Part shown: one piece after another, positions 12,671 through 25,979 of the stretch
Numbering within the stretch: the stretch's first letter is position 1
How the letters are laid out: each line of letters opens with the position of its first letter
NCBI GenBank assembly: GCA_951406725.2
Contig: OX597821.1
Coordinates: 83,762,001-83,826,000, forward strand
From: Octopus vulgaris
Lineage: Eukaryota
Direction: 5' to 3'
Length of the DNA: 64,000 bases
The notes under the pieces: model-generated
What the model was told of the DNA's origin: nothing
Seen by the model: only the letters and a program-made list of their open reading frames with translations
Database searches by the model: none
Program-made: the position numbers and the translations under genes

Positions 12671-13165
12671 TGAAACTATTTTGTCCTAATCACGCTGTCT
12701 TATACACAACGGCGAATATGTTTATGTTGCTTGCTCTAGTTACTGGTTTGGAGTCTCTCTGAAATGATTCATAATTGTGGTTGTCTTCTGTTTTCTTCGA
12801 GTAGTCATGAAATTTAAGACGTTTACGGTTAAAGAAAATGTGACGTGTGACATTCATACCTTTCTGAATATCATTCGTGGATATAAATGAGTGGAATAAA
12901 ATAGCTAAAACGGTGAATAAAAGCAGAAATAAAAATTTCGTTCACTGAGGACTTACGTTGCACGTCTGTACTAAATCACCCCACCCACCCCACCACACCA
13001 CATGTTAATACAATTTAGAATAAATAAATAAATAATACGAGTGAAATAGTTAAAACTATGAAAGGTGTTAGAAATTAAACATAAAGAATGATTGATGGCA
13101 TAATCTGATGAAGTTCTGTATGGTTCCTTCATGTTGAATTTGTAAGACCGCTCTGAGAGGGAAGT

Positions 13166-13254
<89 letters not shown>

Positions 13255-13642
13255 TGGGATGGCCATTCCAATTTCAAAACATCGAGAGAAGGAAGCATGC
13301 AAGAGATAGTGGGACTATGTGAGAAGCGAAATGTCTGTGAGAATATGTTAATGATGGCACACACATGGCAAATATAAGTTTCCTTTCAGGGAATCTGGCA
13401 AAGTTCCAACATCAAAGACACTCTTCTTTTCTGGAACAATCTTTGCAAAGAGATAAAACAATCAAAAGCCAATAATTGTCTGAAGAATTCCAAAACCAGA
13501 TGTGTTAGATATTCTGTGAGGATTATGGCTGGGAGAGATGGGGTAAAATTAATTACAAGAACTGAATGAATAAAGATGCAAGGCTCGTGCCAATATACAT
13601 ACATACATACATACATACATACATACATACATACATACATAC

Positions 13643-13673
<31 letters not shown>

Positions 13674-14059
13674 CATACATACATGCATACATACATACAT
13701 ACATACATACATACATACATGCATGCATGCATACATACATACATACATACATACGTACATACATACATACATATATTTAGGTATATGAACACATTCATGC
13801 ACCCATTCATACATACGTATATATATGTGAAAATATTTATGCATTTATTTATTTATATAGAACATACATATAACCATACATGTATATTTGTATATACAAG
13901 TATGTGTATATTGTATAAGTATATACAAACACATCTTTTTGTACTCCTCTCTCTCTCTTTCTCTCTCTCTATATATATATATACTCCCACACACATATAT
14001 AGATATATAGATATATATACATACATATAAACATATACATATACATGTGTGTATGTATG

Positions 14060-14090
<31 letters not shown>

Positions 14091-14159
14091 GCATATACAT
14101 GCATACATACACACATATATATATAATATATGTATGTATATATATATAATATATGTATG

Positions 14160-14228
<69 letters not shown>

Positions 14229-14634
14229 ATGTTTGTTTTTTGTTTTAGCAGAAATGAAGGAAGTTTACCCGAAAGAAAGTGGCAAATAAACAAAAACAAA
14301 CCATATAAGCAAAACAGGTACAAACCGGCAAACAAAAAAGCAAACGAAAGGCAGAGCAAAAACAAAAAATGTTTGAAAATAGGATAAAAAACGTATTTCT
14401 TATGTTGTTATTTTTTATTAAGTTTTTTTACCAAATCCGTCTATTTTCTCTTCTTTTTATTTTACTTATTTATATATATTCGTGTATGTTTATGTGTTAT
14501 TTTTTAACTTCTAAATCAGGAGAGGTACAAAAAGAAAGAAAAACCACGTGACCTTGACTCTAAAGTGTTACTGAAATACACAAAACATATCATTTCAGTG
14601 AGTTGGGTTACATACATTTTTGTTATTATTTGTG

Positions 14635-15010
14635 GGCAGTGAACTGGAAAAATCGTGGGGTGGATAAATTGCCTTGCCGTATTTCGTCATGGCTCTTTAC
14701 GGTATCAGCTGAAATCCAACGGTGGTCAACGTAGCCTTCCATCTTATCGCCAATCGATAAAATAAAGTATCAGCCATATACTAGGGTCAACGGTATTGAG
14801 TAGTCTTCTTCCCCCAAAATTGCTGGCTTTGTAACAAAATTCGAAATCATAATTATTATTTGCGAGCAGTGGACATGCAGAATCGATTATTTAAAGCTGT
14901 GGACAAATGCTTTGCGGTATTTCACCACGGCTCTTTACATTATGAGTTCAAATCCAGCCGTGGTCAACACTATCGACTAGTCTTCCCTCTCAAAATTACT
15001 AGCTTTGTAT
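14635..15010 (+). mobile_element. Two old SINE family B copies
   Basis: Degenerate heads and caaaattgctggctttgt tails. Confidence 0.6.
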
Positions 15011-16169
15011 CTAAGTTATCTTTTATCTCTCATTTGTTTCTGTAATCAGAATGCGGCCATCTTGGGTTAAGTCGATCAAATCGACCCTAGTTTGATGTTC
15101 TATCGGTCTCTTTTTGCCCAACTGTTTTTATTTTAATTTTCTCCTCATACTTTGCTGTAAGTTATAAAAAGAATGCTGCATTAATTTACGAGATCGTTTT
15201 TTAAAATTTTTTTTCCCCTTTGTTTTTGTTTAGTTTGATATTTTCTACTTCATGGCGAAAGTGTAGTCAACGATGAGTAAACGCAAAGTCAAAACAGCAA
15301 ACTGCTAGCTTCTTGCTAGCTTTTGTTGAACATATCAGAACATTCCTCTTGCAAATGTTGATCGTCTTCTGATGATATGTAAAAGAGCATTCACGGCAGT
15401 ACGTTCGCCGAAAAATTATCATTGAAAAGAACAAAGCTTTCATATGTCATTTCGGATGGAATAACCTTTCATGAGAAAAAAAAAAATTGGTGATAAGAGA
15501 TAATATGTCAAGTTACAAAGATTTTCTGTCATAATTGATAAAAGTACAAACATTTGAGCTATTCAAATTTTGGTTATGCTTGTGAAATACTTTGATCTGA
15601 ATACGCACGATGTTATAGACTTTTTGTTAGATAGTTTAGCTGTTGAAAGTGGAAAGCTATTGGTCTTTACAATAAATACAATGCTGTCAAATCTACTTGG
15701 CGTGGAAGAAATATTTCTCCAGAAAATATTGGATTCGTAAGCGATAATTGTTCTTCTGTGATGGACACCAAAAGTGGATTTCTGAAGTTATTGATATTTG
15801 GCAACAAGCCTTCTCTTTTTATTATAGGATCCGTCTGTCATTCCTTTATTCTTTGTTCTAGCCATGCTTCTAATGTATTGCTTTCATCAAAGTTTTAATA
15901 TCTTACTTTTCTTGCAGCGAGAAACAACGAGAGTTCACACTTGAGGAAACTAATGCTACAGCTTGCCACAATATACCCAAATCTTCATAAACAAGATGAC
16001 TTCCACGTGAGAAAAAGGTTATTTCACTGTTACCGGAACGACTTTATGCTGTATTTCTTTGTTTCAGAAGTGAGTCAAAAGCTGACATAGTTGATGGTGC
16101 CAGGTAAATTTGTAAACAATCGTGGAATCAAGTACATGCTGCTTTTCTTTCAGTTTACACCATATCTTT

Positions 16170-16525
16170 TATCTTTTCCTTTATCTGTTTTAGTCATTAG
16201 ACTGCGGCCATGCTGGGACACTGCCTTGAATTTTTATTCGAATGAATAAAATTTTTTAAAGCCTGGTACTTATTCTGCTAAGTTATGGGGACGTAAAGAC
16301 ACCAACACCGGTTGTCAAGTGGTGATGCAGTGACAAACACAGATACACACACATAGATATATATACATATATCTACATATATATACGACGGCCTTCTATT
16401 GATTTCCTTCTACCAAACTCACTCACAAGGCTTTGGTCGGCCCGAGGCTATCGTAGAAGACACTTGCCCAAAGTGAACCCGGAACCATGTGGTTAGGAAG
16501 CAAGTTTCTTACCACACAGCCACTC
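16170..16525 (-). mobile_element. SINE family A
   Basis: Matches family A reverse complement. Confidence 0.85.
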
Positions 16526-16849
16526 TATAAATGGTTAATTTAGCGAATATAGATGGTTAATTTTCTGTTCATTTTACTTTGAGGATTGTATTGCTTCCAT
16601 TTAAAGTGACGCCAGGTACCAACCAGATGTCCAACCCAGGTGGAACTCTCTCTCGTCAATTTAACGCTTATAGATGGTTAAGTTAACGAATGTGGAATTC
16701 AAATCCGATCATTTCATTTTACGTCCTTTCTGTTTAATGTTATCATCAGGAAAAAAGATTCTGTCGAGCTTCTTATTAAAAATGAATTACTGAAGAACAT
16801 TTTAAACTATCAGAAATCTACCTCAGCAATTGAAGTAACGACGAAAATA

Positions 16850-17060
16850 TCTGTTTCAAATTTTGGCACTTGGCTAGCAATTTCGGTGGAGTGAGTAGTC
16901 GATTACATCGACCCATCTGCTTGACTGGTGCTTACTTTATCGACCCAGAAAAGATGTAAGGTAAAGCCAACGTCAGTGGATTTTGAATTCAGAATGTAGA
17001 GAGGGACGAAACGCTGCAAAGCATTTTACACGGCGTGCTAACGTTTCTGCCAGCTCACTG
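16850..17060 (-). mobile_element. SINE family B
   Basis: gtgctaacgtttctgccagctcactg head on the minus strand. Confidence 0.75.
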
Positions 17061-17814
17061 CTGCAGTAACTACAAATATATTGGGAGAAATGCAGCAGCA
17101 CCTTTTATTTCTGACCCTTTTTATGGAGGAACTCGTTTCAGAAGATTTAAAGAAGATTATTTGAAAATTCCTAGTGAAAAATTATATTGAACGTAGAAAA
17201 TCGGTTCTCTTTTTATGAAGATGGAGTCATTGCTGAATTAATTATATTAAACCCTGTGGTAACTTACGATCCCTCAGTATCTCCTAAATATATCATTCCG
17301 CTGGCTGCACATTTCCCGTCCATTGTACCAGAGCAGTGATCGCTTCACAGCAGGCAATTTACCGATTCCGACAGAAAATATTCCTCAGTACTATTACATA
17401 TTAAAAAGCATAAAAGACAGACTTCATAACTCAAAAATATGATTTGTTATTCAATTTTATAACTTAAATATCTTGTCACATTAGTCAGCATGTGTTGCGA
17501 GAATATTCTCTCCAAAGAGTTCTATAGACAAAAAAAAAAAAAAAAAAAGACCATTAATTCTTGAAAAGCAAAAACGGTATAAGATAGATTACTTGCTCAA
17601 AAACAACTAGAAATGCTAAAGAATGCACTGAGTGGGATTCCAGAAAAGAATTAAACAAAGACTTGGAAAAAAATAGTGCTGAAAGAAGAATAAAAAAGCA
17701 TGGGTAAATAAAATAACGTAACAGACGACGAATGCACCGCAAAAATTGTTGTCCTTGAGCTTAGATCAAAAACACCTTTTTTTTGTGGTGATTTTTGTTT
17801 TTGTTGATAATAGC

Positions 17815-18020
17815 TTCAAATTTTGATACAAGGCCAGCACTTTCAAGAAAACGGTTTAGTCGATTACATCGACCCCAGTGTTCAACTGGTGCTTTACCCA
17901 ACCCGAAAGGCTGAAAAGCAAAGTTCTCTCGGCGGAATTTGAACTCTGAACGTAAAGACGGACGAAATGCTTCCAAGCATTTTTCTCGGCGCGCTAACCA
18001 TTCTGCCAGCTCGCTGCCTT
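17815..18020 (-). mobile_element. SINE family B
   Basis: cgcgctaaccattctgccagctcgctgcctt head; ttcaaattttgatacaaggccagca tail. Confidence 0.8.
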
Positions 18021-18052
18021 TATTGTTCTTGTTGATATAACTGTTGTTGTTC

Positions 18053-18265
18053 AAGGCGGTGAGGTAGCAGAATGGTCAGCACACCGGACAAAATGCTTAG
18101 CAGTATTTCATCCTTCTTTAACGTTCTGAGTTCAAATTCTGCCGATTGTCGACTTTGCCTTTCATCCTTTCGAGATCGATAAATTAAATACCAGTTGAGC
18201 ACTGGAGTTGATATCGATTTACTCATTGCCTCGAAATTTCAGGCCTTGTGCCTATAGTAGAAAGG
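18053..18265 (+). mobile_element. SINE family B (head-to-head with the previous copy)
   Basis: aaggcggtgaggtagcagaatggtcagcacaccggac..aggccttgtgcctatagtagaaagg. Confidence 0.85.
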
Positions 18266-18946
18266 ATATCACTGTTGTAGTTCTTGCTTTGACTTTTCTT
18301 TCTGTTGATATTGTTGTTGTTGTTATGTTGTTGTTGTTGTTTTCATTGTTTATTTTATTGGCTTTTCTGTTGTTGATGCTGTGGTACTTGCTGCTGGGAA
18401 CTTTATTTTTTTTTGCTATACTAGACTTGTTGTTATAACTGCTGATGTATTATTGTTGTTGCTATTGTTGTTATTGTTGATGACGATGATGATGATGATG
18501 ATGATAATCTCCAGATGGAGAAGGAGGAGGTGGTGATGGTTGCTCTTGCTGTTGCTATCACTACTGCTTGCCAGCACAGTTTCTAAACTACCCTTCGTTG
18601 CGACATTCGCATCAATTGCTTCGAAAGAGTAGGATAAAAAAACAAAACAAAAAACAAAAAAACAAAAAGAAAAACGATGAAAGAGATAATGAAGAAGATG
18701 GTGACGGTTATGGCGATGATGATTGTGATGATGATGATGGTGGTGGTGATGATGATGCTAGTGATGATGATGGTGATGATTGATATTGCAGTTTTCGACC
18801 TACCACAAGGAATGCAATTTTCATGATGCCGCCCCCCCCCCCCACTACAACAAATGCCATCGCCTTCTCTCCTACACAACCTCACGCTCGCTTCCATTCT
18901 TGGTTATGGGTCAATGAAATCCAATGGGAGATAGTTAACAGCAAGA

Positions 18947-19025
18947 ATGGCTGCCGTGACAACAGCAAGAGCAGCAGTAGCAACAAACAGCAGCAGCAGA
19001 AGCAGCAGTAGCAACGGCAGTAGTA

Positions 19026-19073
<48 letters not shown>

Positions 19074-19205
19074 ATGGTGGTGGTGGTGGTGGTGGTGGTG
19101 GTGGTGGCGGTGGTTGCGGTGGTAGTGGTGTAGTGGTGGTGGTAATAGTTGTAATAATAGTAGTGGTGGTGGTGGTGGTATTGTTATTATTATTATTATT
19201 ATTAT

Positions 19206-19236
<31 letters not shown>

Positions 19237-19326
19237 GGTGGTGGTGGTGGTGGTAGTGGTGTAGTGGTGGTGGTAATAGTTGTTATAATAGTAGTGGTGG
19301 TGGTGGTATTATATTATTATTATTAT

Positions 19327-19366
<40 letters not shown>

Positions 19367-19439
19367 GGTGGTGGTGGTGGTGGTGGTGGTGGTGGTGGTG
19401 GTGGTAGTGGTAGTGATGGTGGTGGTGGTTGTAGTAGTG

Positions 19440-19494
<55 letters not shown>

Positions 19495-19530
19495 CAGCAG
19501 CAGTAGCAGCAGCAACAGTAGTAGTAGTGT
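18947..19530. repeat. Compound trinucleotide array (CAG/TAG/TGG/TTA) with a duplicated block
   Basis: Block gtagtggtggtggtaatagttg..ttattagtagtag occurs at ~19130 and ~19261. Confidence 0.9.
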
Positions 19531-19873
19531 GAGCAGCGGTAGCCTTAAAGAGCCTCAGAATCCCAGAAGAGCCAAAATAAGAGATCATATCGCGCTATTT
19601 TGAAAGAGCTGGACTGCGTTAAGAAAAGTGAAAATATGGAAGACATTTTGCAAAGCGGAAAATGTTTGCCTCACAATTATTTAGCTCTTTCGAATTGTAA
19701 TTTCGAATTTCAAAAGACAGAATTCAAATAGAAATATATTAAATTATCGTGCCTGTTCATGACTTTCAGGTATTTAAACACCTTGCACTTTGAGAGAGTA
19801 TTCTCCACCACGCTACGGCGCAGCCTGCCGGCAAATATACAAAACATGTACGTTAAGCATATATAATCGGCAA

Positions 19874-20276
19874 TGTGTGGTAAGTAGCTTGCTAACCAAC
19901 CACATGGTTCCGGGTTCAGTCCCACTGCGTGGCATCTTGGGCAAGTGTCTTCTGCTATAGCCCCAGGCCGACCAATGCCTTGTGAGTGGATTTGGTAGAC
20001 AGAAACTGAAAGAAGCCTGTCGTATATATGTATATATATGTGTGTCTGTGTGTGTGTGTGTGTGTGTTTGTGTGTGTGTGTTTGTCCCCCTAGCATTGCT
20101 TGACAACCGATGCTGGTGTGTTTACGTCCCCGTCACTCAGCGGTTCGGCAAAAGAGACCGATAGAATAAGTACTAGGCTTACAAAGAATAAGTCCCAGGG
20201 TCGATTTGCTCGACTAAAGGCGGTGCTCCAGCATGGCCGCAGTCAAATGACTGAAACAAGTAAAAGAGTAAGAGAG

Positions 20277-20277
<1 letters not shown>
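19874..20277 (+). mobile_element. SINE family A, young copy
   Basis: Near-identical to 46232-46644 and 57141-57553. Confidence 0.92.
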
Positions 20278-20331
<54 letters not shown>

Positions 20332-20644
20332 CTCATTTATATACCTTTTCATTCCTACAAAACTACAATAATCATAAGATTGATTATTCAAATTCCACCA
20401 TTATTTCTCTTTTGATAATTTTCTCTTTCCTCTGTTAATATTTTATCTAATAAGAATAATATAACACACCTAATAATAATAATAATAATAATAATAACTG
20501 ATTCCTTTGTATGCGTATACATATATATATATAAATGTATAGATATGTATTTATGTATATTTATGCATATGTATGTATATGTAAAAGTGTGTATATATAT
20601 GTATGTATTCATATTTATAACTTAACTTTATGAACTTTCTAAAC

Positions 20645-20766
20645 TCTCTGACGAATCCCAGAGGCACACCCAAGTACCTTAATCTTATCTACCAAATACT
20701 TCAGTTCACCGAAGAGATGGAGGTAAAGTGGGGTACTGTGACCTCTTGGCTGAAACAGCTGTAAGA
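20645..20766 (+). ncRNA. Type I hammerhead-like motif with long stem II, in a short TA-flanked element (~20612-20830)
   Basis: tct-CTGACGA-atcccagaggcac..agtacc..ggtactgtgacctcttggct-GAAAC-agct-GTA-aga. Confidence 0.65.
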
Positions 20767-20950
20767 AACTATTCTACTTTCTATGTTCTACGTTATACAT
20801 TTTAATAATAACTGGTATTTTAATATATGTAAAGCGTAATATGTTATACATGTATGTATATTGTTATAATTGATTAAAAAGAATAGACATTTTATAATGT
20901 CTAAATGTTAAAGAATACCATCTCTTGATCCCCTCCATTTTCTTATACCG

Positions 20951-20979
<29 letters not shown>

Positions 20980-20981
<2 letters not shown>

Positions 20982-21315
20982 ATTGGCATCCTTTCTGTCT
21001 CGGGAGACAATGGAGTTGCGCATGTTTTTTTTTTTTTGTTTTTTTTTTTTTGTAGTCTAGTCCGGCTTTTACATTTCATGTCCTGATACATTTCCTGCTG
21101 TGGCTGTGTAGTCCTATCCTGGACAAACACTCCCTCTGGCAGGTACCGCAAACTGTAGCGAAGACTGTTCCTGGCTGGTTGTAGTGCCATAGTCTCTTGT
21201 TTACGTCTCTTCCTTTCTTTCCATTTCTCCTCTCTCTCTCTCTGTCACTCTTTTGTATTCCCTCTTTTACTGTACGTCGCCATTCTCCACGGTTGCCGGC
21301 AACTGCCTCCCAACA
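20980..21315 (-). mobile_element. RTE-clade LINE 3' end
   Basis: WEAVAGNRGEWRRTVKEG..CGTCQRECLSRIGLHSHSRKC; 3' UTR ccattgtctcccgagacagaaaggatgccaa. Confidence 0.85.
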
Positions 21316-21449
21316 CATACATAATTAAGATAAAGTCCTTATTTAATGATTTATCGGTTGCCAGCATACCAATAGGACCATATCGGTTAATTTATATTTA
21401 AGTGTAATTATAAAAAATATAATTCTAATAAAGGGCGCTGAAGTGACAA

Positions 21450-21725
21450 CGCCTGCACGCTAGAAATAGACGCCAAATGGACTACAAACCACGTAAGTTA
21501 TTACTCCGCATACAACAAGGTTGTATGCGAGGAAAATGGATAGAACAGCAACAAACCAGGAAGGAGGTCTCTACGTGGTCGTTATGCAGGCTAGAAATAC
21601 GTATCTAAATCCCTCACGAACCACGTCTTAACTTTTAATGAAATGAAAAACACGCACTTGAAAATGTAGTTCTATTTACCTCTAATAAGACGGGATGGTC
21701 ACGGCTGGAATTCCTTTGGTAATAA
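21450..21725. repeat. Old dispersed repeat family F (inverse of copies at 36508-36680, 37085-37278 and 52318-52525)
   Basis: Shared gtttagccccaggtcagccctga..tatgatcaaagg..ccagccgtgaccatccc..gatttggctgctatttctagc motifs. Confidence 0.55.
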
Positions 21726-22547
21726 TTTACTTCATCAGTGTTGTGGTTTCTTCCATTTCAAATGGATTCACCAACTATAGTTATGTGAGTGAATGTGTGA
21801 GCGCGCGTGTGTGTGCGTGCGTGTGTGTGTCTCTAGTTAAATTTTGCGATGGTCATACTGTCAATAAAATACACGCGCTGTTTGTATTTTATTTCAGTTT
21901 TCGCCCCGTTTAACATCTCACCCGCCCACCAATCACCAGAGATCTGCAGAGGATCATGCCAATTTTAATTTAATTTAATTTATTTATTTATTGAAATTTC
22001 TAAAAATTTGCTCAAATATTCATCTCAATCTGAATTTCCTTTTGAAGATATTTAGCTGCGCTTAAGCCAAGAATCCATTATTATGTATCATGTATATTCG
22101 TAACGGTCTTTGAACTATCCGTCTCTTTCATGTGTGTGAAATTAATCTGAAATGGTGTTTAAAAATGCATAGAATAAAGGAGGTTGAAGTGTCACGCATG
22201 AATAAATTCCTCTGAATTGATAGGAAATGGAGATAAAAATATTTTTTGGATCTTGATATGTAATTTTTATATTTTCAATAAATTTAAATTCCGAGCCCTA
22301 AGTATCGTTTTACACACACACACACACAAGTAGACACACGCTCGTACGTCTACTCTGTTGCAAAGTTACATAAGCGATTTATGGAGTTCATGCATTGCAC
22401 TTGATCAATGCAACGCACGAAGCTTGCGGTCTTAGTTAGTTGCGTACGTAACTTCACAACCGAATAAAATGCATATATACAATCCTATGTACTAAGCTCT
22501 GTTTCTCCTGTTTGTTCCGCCAAAAACCACACACGCACATGCACACA

Positions 22548-22618
<71 letters not shown>

Positions 22619-22633
22619 ATATCATACACTTTT

Positions 22634-22759
<126 letters not shown>

Positions 22760-23296
22760 ATCAACTTCTTCAAGTACCACTTGAAAAGGAAAGTGAGAGT
22801 AGAGAGGCAAGTTTTGTCTAGCGAATGTTTTAAAAAGATGGGTGAATGTAGCAAGAATGGCACGTATGAATGACGAAGCCACCTTGAGCATGATCCTATG
22901 AACCCAGAAATTGAAAACAGAGAGTTGCTTATTTGCAAAAAAAAAAAAAAAAAAGAAATATAACATGTGACTCCATTGACCGAGGTTACCGTGGTCTTTT
23001 CCGTAGGCTTTTCTTTCCACGGGTAAACCTCACCTGTCCTCCCCTTTACACTTCATATTGACATTTCTGTGATAACGATCCCTATTGATCAATTTTTTTT
23101 TTCCACTCCCCCTTTTTTTAACCCCCTTTTTTTTGTCCTCTTTCTCTCCTTTTACGATCCCTTTTGATCGAAACCCCCCCTTCCTTTTTTTTAAATTTTT
23201 TATTTATTTATTTATTTTTTTTTAAACCTTCAAAAGAAAAGCTCTACCTTGTAATTTGTTCTATCTGTGTGCAGCCCTGTGTGGCTAATAAAGAAA
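22760..23296 (+). mobile_element. Tx1/L1-like LINE 3' end inserted at (TATC)n
   Basis: NFFKYHLKRKVRVERQVLSSECF..WVNVARM then a 3' UTR ending aataaagaaa; same peptide at ~26365. Confidence 0.7.
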
Positions 23297-23426
23297 CATA
23301 TCTATCTATGTCTATATTGGTTAGAGAGTCAGACAGAATGCCTTGTCAGTCAGTCTGTCTGTTTCTCTGTGTGTGTGTGTATATATATATATATCTTCTC
23401 AAAGTAAGTTTTATATATATATATAC

Positions 23427-23482
<56 letters not shown>

Positions 23483-23829
23483 TCTTTTACTCTTTTACTT
23501 GTTTCAGTCATTTGACTGCGGCCATATATATGTATAACAGATTTCGTTTCCGTAATTTGAGCGAATTCTTAACGTGAAGTTTTGCATTGAAACTGATATT
23601 ATTGTACTTTGGCAAGTCCTCATATTACTTATACATCACACACACTGATTGTATTTCACTTCCTTGGTGTGAAACCAAGCAAAGAGTAGAGTTGAGCAGA
23701 GACCCTAGTACATCATCACCGATACAGCCACTGATTATGCACCAAGAATTTTGCTAAACCAATTAAGCAATTATTGACTAATCTATAAGGTAATTATTCT
23801 AATTAACTTTTTTTTTATTTTAGTCAGGA

Positions 23830-24500
23830 AAGAAGGTAGTGTATCACTGTGTGAGTTCTGAAACTCGACGCCTTGAAGCAGCGATGTACGCCTAGGTAAC
23901 CGGAGACCTGAAATAAATAAGGACAGACGTAGAGGATGTCGCTAGGGTAAAGCAGTTCCGGGGTATGAAGGTCCTCTTAAAGAGCGAGGTACTCCATAGT
24001 TTCCATACGCCACTAGAAGCTTTCTCTTTACCCAACATTTTCAGGGAGAAGGACCTGTCGCATCAAGAGTGAAAGAGAGAGTTCCACCTGGGTTGGACAT
24101 CTGGCTGGTAGTTTGGGTCACTTTAAATGGAAGCAATACACTCCTCGAAGTAAAATGAACAGAAAGCTGTGGTTTTGGGGCACATTGGAGATCCTCTTCT
24201 AGGTCAAACTGGAAGATGTGGAAAAGATCCCAGACCTAATTTACCTACCCAACGAAGTTGATCTACGTGTTGTGGTTGAGAGCGGAAAGCCAAGATGACA
24301 CTTGTGAGGTGCGAATGGCCTCTTCAGAGCATTCTGTCTCCAACAAAAAGTAGGAATGGAGAAACTCCCCCCAACACACACACCATACACACTGCTGCCG
24401 ATGCTGCAGCCTCCGCAACAGTAAAAGCATGCAATAGTAAGGGAACATCAGCAGCAAAAGGAACAAGAGCAGTAGCTGCAAGAACAATAACTGTAGTTTA
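23830..24500 (+). pseudogene. Decayed L1/Tx1-type ORF1 with zinc-knuckle remnant
   Basis: KIPDLIYLPNEVDLRVVVESGKPR*HL*GANGLFRAFC fits CX2CX4HX4C spacing after a V.VEG.P-like motif. Confidence 0.55.
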
Positions 24501-25524
24501 GCGATCACATATGTACGTGGTTGTATGAATTGCGGTTTTGGGGTCTGATACATTGTCCCCTGTTACATGAATTCAGGATAGATAATAATAATAAACACAT
24601 TCAAAGGCAAGTTGCAATTTACCGCAAGGGAATATTAATTACTACTGCTAAAATTAGATACAGCAAATTGGTAGGACGTTAATAATTGTCGCTACATTGT
24701 ATAGTTTTAAATGGTCGTAAAACTGAAGTTAGAAAAACCTGAAATACAGCATCACAAAAGTTCTGACTACAATTCTATTTAAATGTTGTTAAGACGTGAA
24801 GCATAACGTCAAGGATTCTAGTTTGAATTCTGTTCAAGCTGAAAACTGCAAAGTGAAATCAAAATGTTCTCACATCAAAGTTTCAGGTCGCTCGTAGCAA
24901 AACTCTCCTCCCTAAGTAGCTAATGAGCGAAAATTTCTAATTTTATAGCTGATGAATAGACGCAAGGCTAGTCCTTCACGTTAAAGGTGTGGGCAGCCCA
25001 AGTAAGACTAAATCTATCTAACTATCACGTGGTGAATCAAAATGGGTAGTTAAAAGTAAAAAGCTACAATGTGGGCAGCTAAAGTTCAAGAGCGCTCATG
25101 CTTCCGCTACAGCAACAGCACCACTAACAGCAACAAAACCTAAACCCACCACCCAGGAAAATACCCATCTAACCGTCATCTCTATTACTTCCACTTCTCC
25201 CACCACTTTTTGCAAACAAGCACATAAACACACATAAACATACCTTCGATCTTCTCAGCATCGGATCTTTCCAGCGTGGAAACATCATCTTCGGATGGAG
25301 GGACAACCTAGCAAATAAAATAAGTGGGACTGGGGTATTTAAAAGAAATCATCCACCCTGAAAGAGCTACACAGTCACGACAGCATCACCGAAACCATAC
25401 CCACACCAAACATAGACAAATCTACTACACGCTACCACCACGACCAGCAACAACACCCATCTCATCAAAAGAAAATACATACAGTAGACTGATACACAAC
25501 AAAACGTCCCGAGAAAACTTTGTG

Positions 25525-25685
25525 TTACTCTTTTACTTGTTTCAGTCATTTGACTGCGGCCATGCTGGAGCACCGCCTTTAGTACTTATTCTATCGGTCT
25601 CTTTTTGCCGAACCGCTAAGTGACGGGGACGTAAACACACCAGCATCGGTTGTCAAGCAATGCTAGGGGGACAAACACAGACACA

Positions 25686-25753
<68 letters not shown>

Positions 25754-25924
25754 CATATATACGACAGGCTTCTTTCAGTTTCCGTCTACCAAATCCACTC
25801 ACAAGGCATTGGTCGACCCGGGGCTATAGCAGAAGACACTTGCCCAAGATGCCACGCAGTGGGACTGAACCCGCAACCATGTGGTTGGTTAGCATGCTAC
25901 TTACCACACAGCCACTCCTGCGCC
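25525..25924 (-). mobile_element. SINE family A, young copy with internal deletion
   Basis: Matches family A; lacks gtcgagcaaatcgacc..gtaagcct. Confidence 0.92.
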
Positions 25925-25979
25925 TATTTGTGTTGATAAGAAACACAAATAAAATTACTCATGTCCTTTATCTCAAGAA

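Larger units (their letters stand above)
15250..17580 (+). pseudogene. Decayed hAT-superfamily transposase, interrupted by SINEs
   Basis: KLSLKRTKLSYVISDG, FSVIIDKSTNI..VKYFD, IGFVSDNCSSVM..SG, VCHSFILCSSHA, and a C-terminal LSH*SACVARIFS (LPHSSA.VERIFS-like dimerization motif). Confidence 0.75.
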
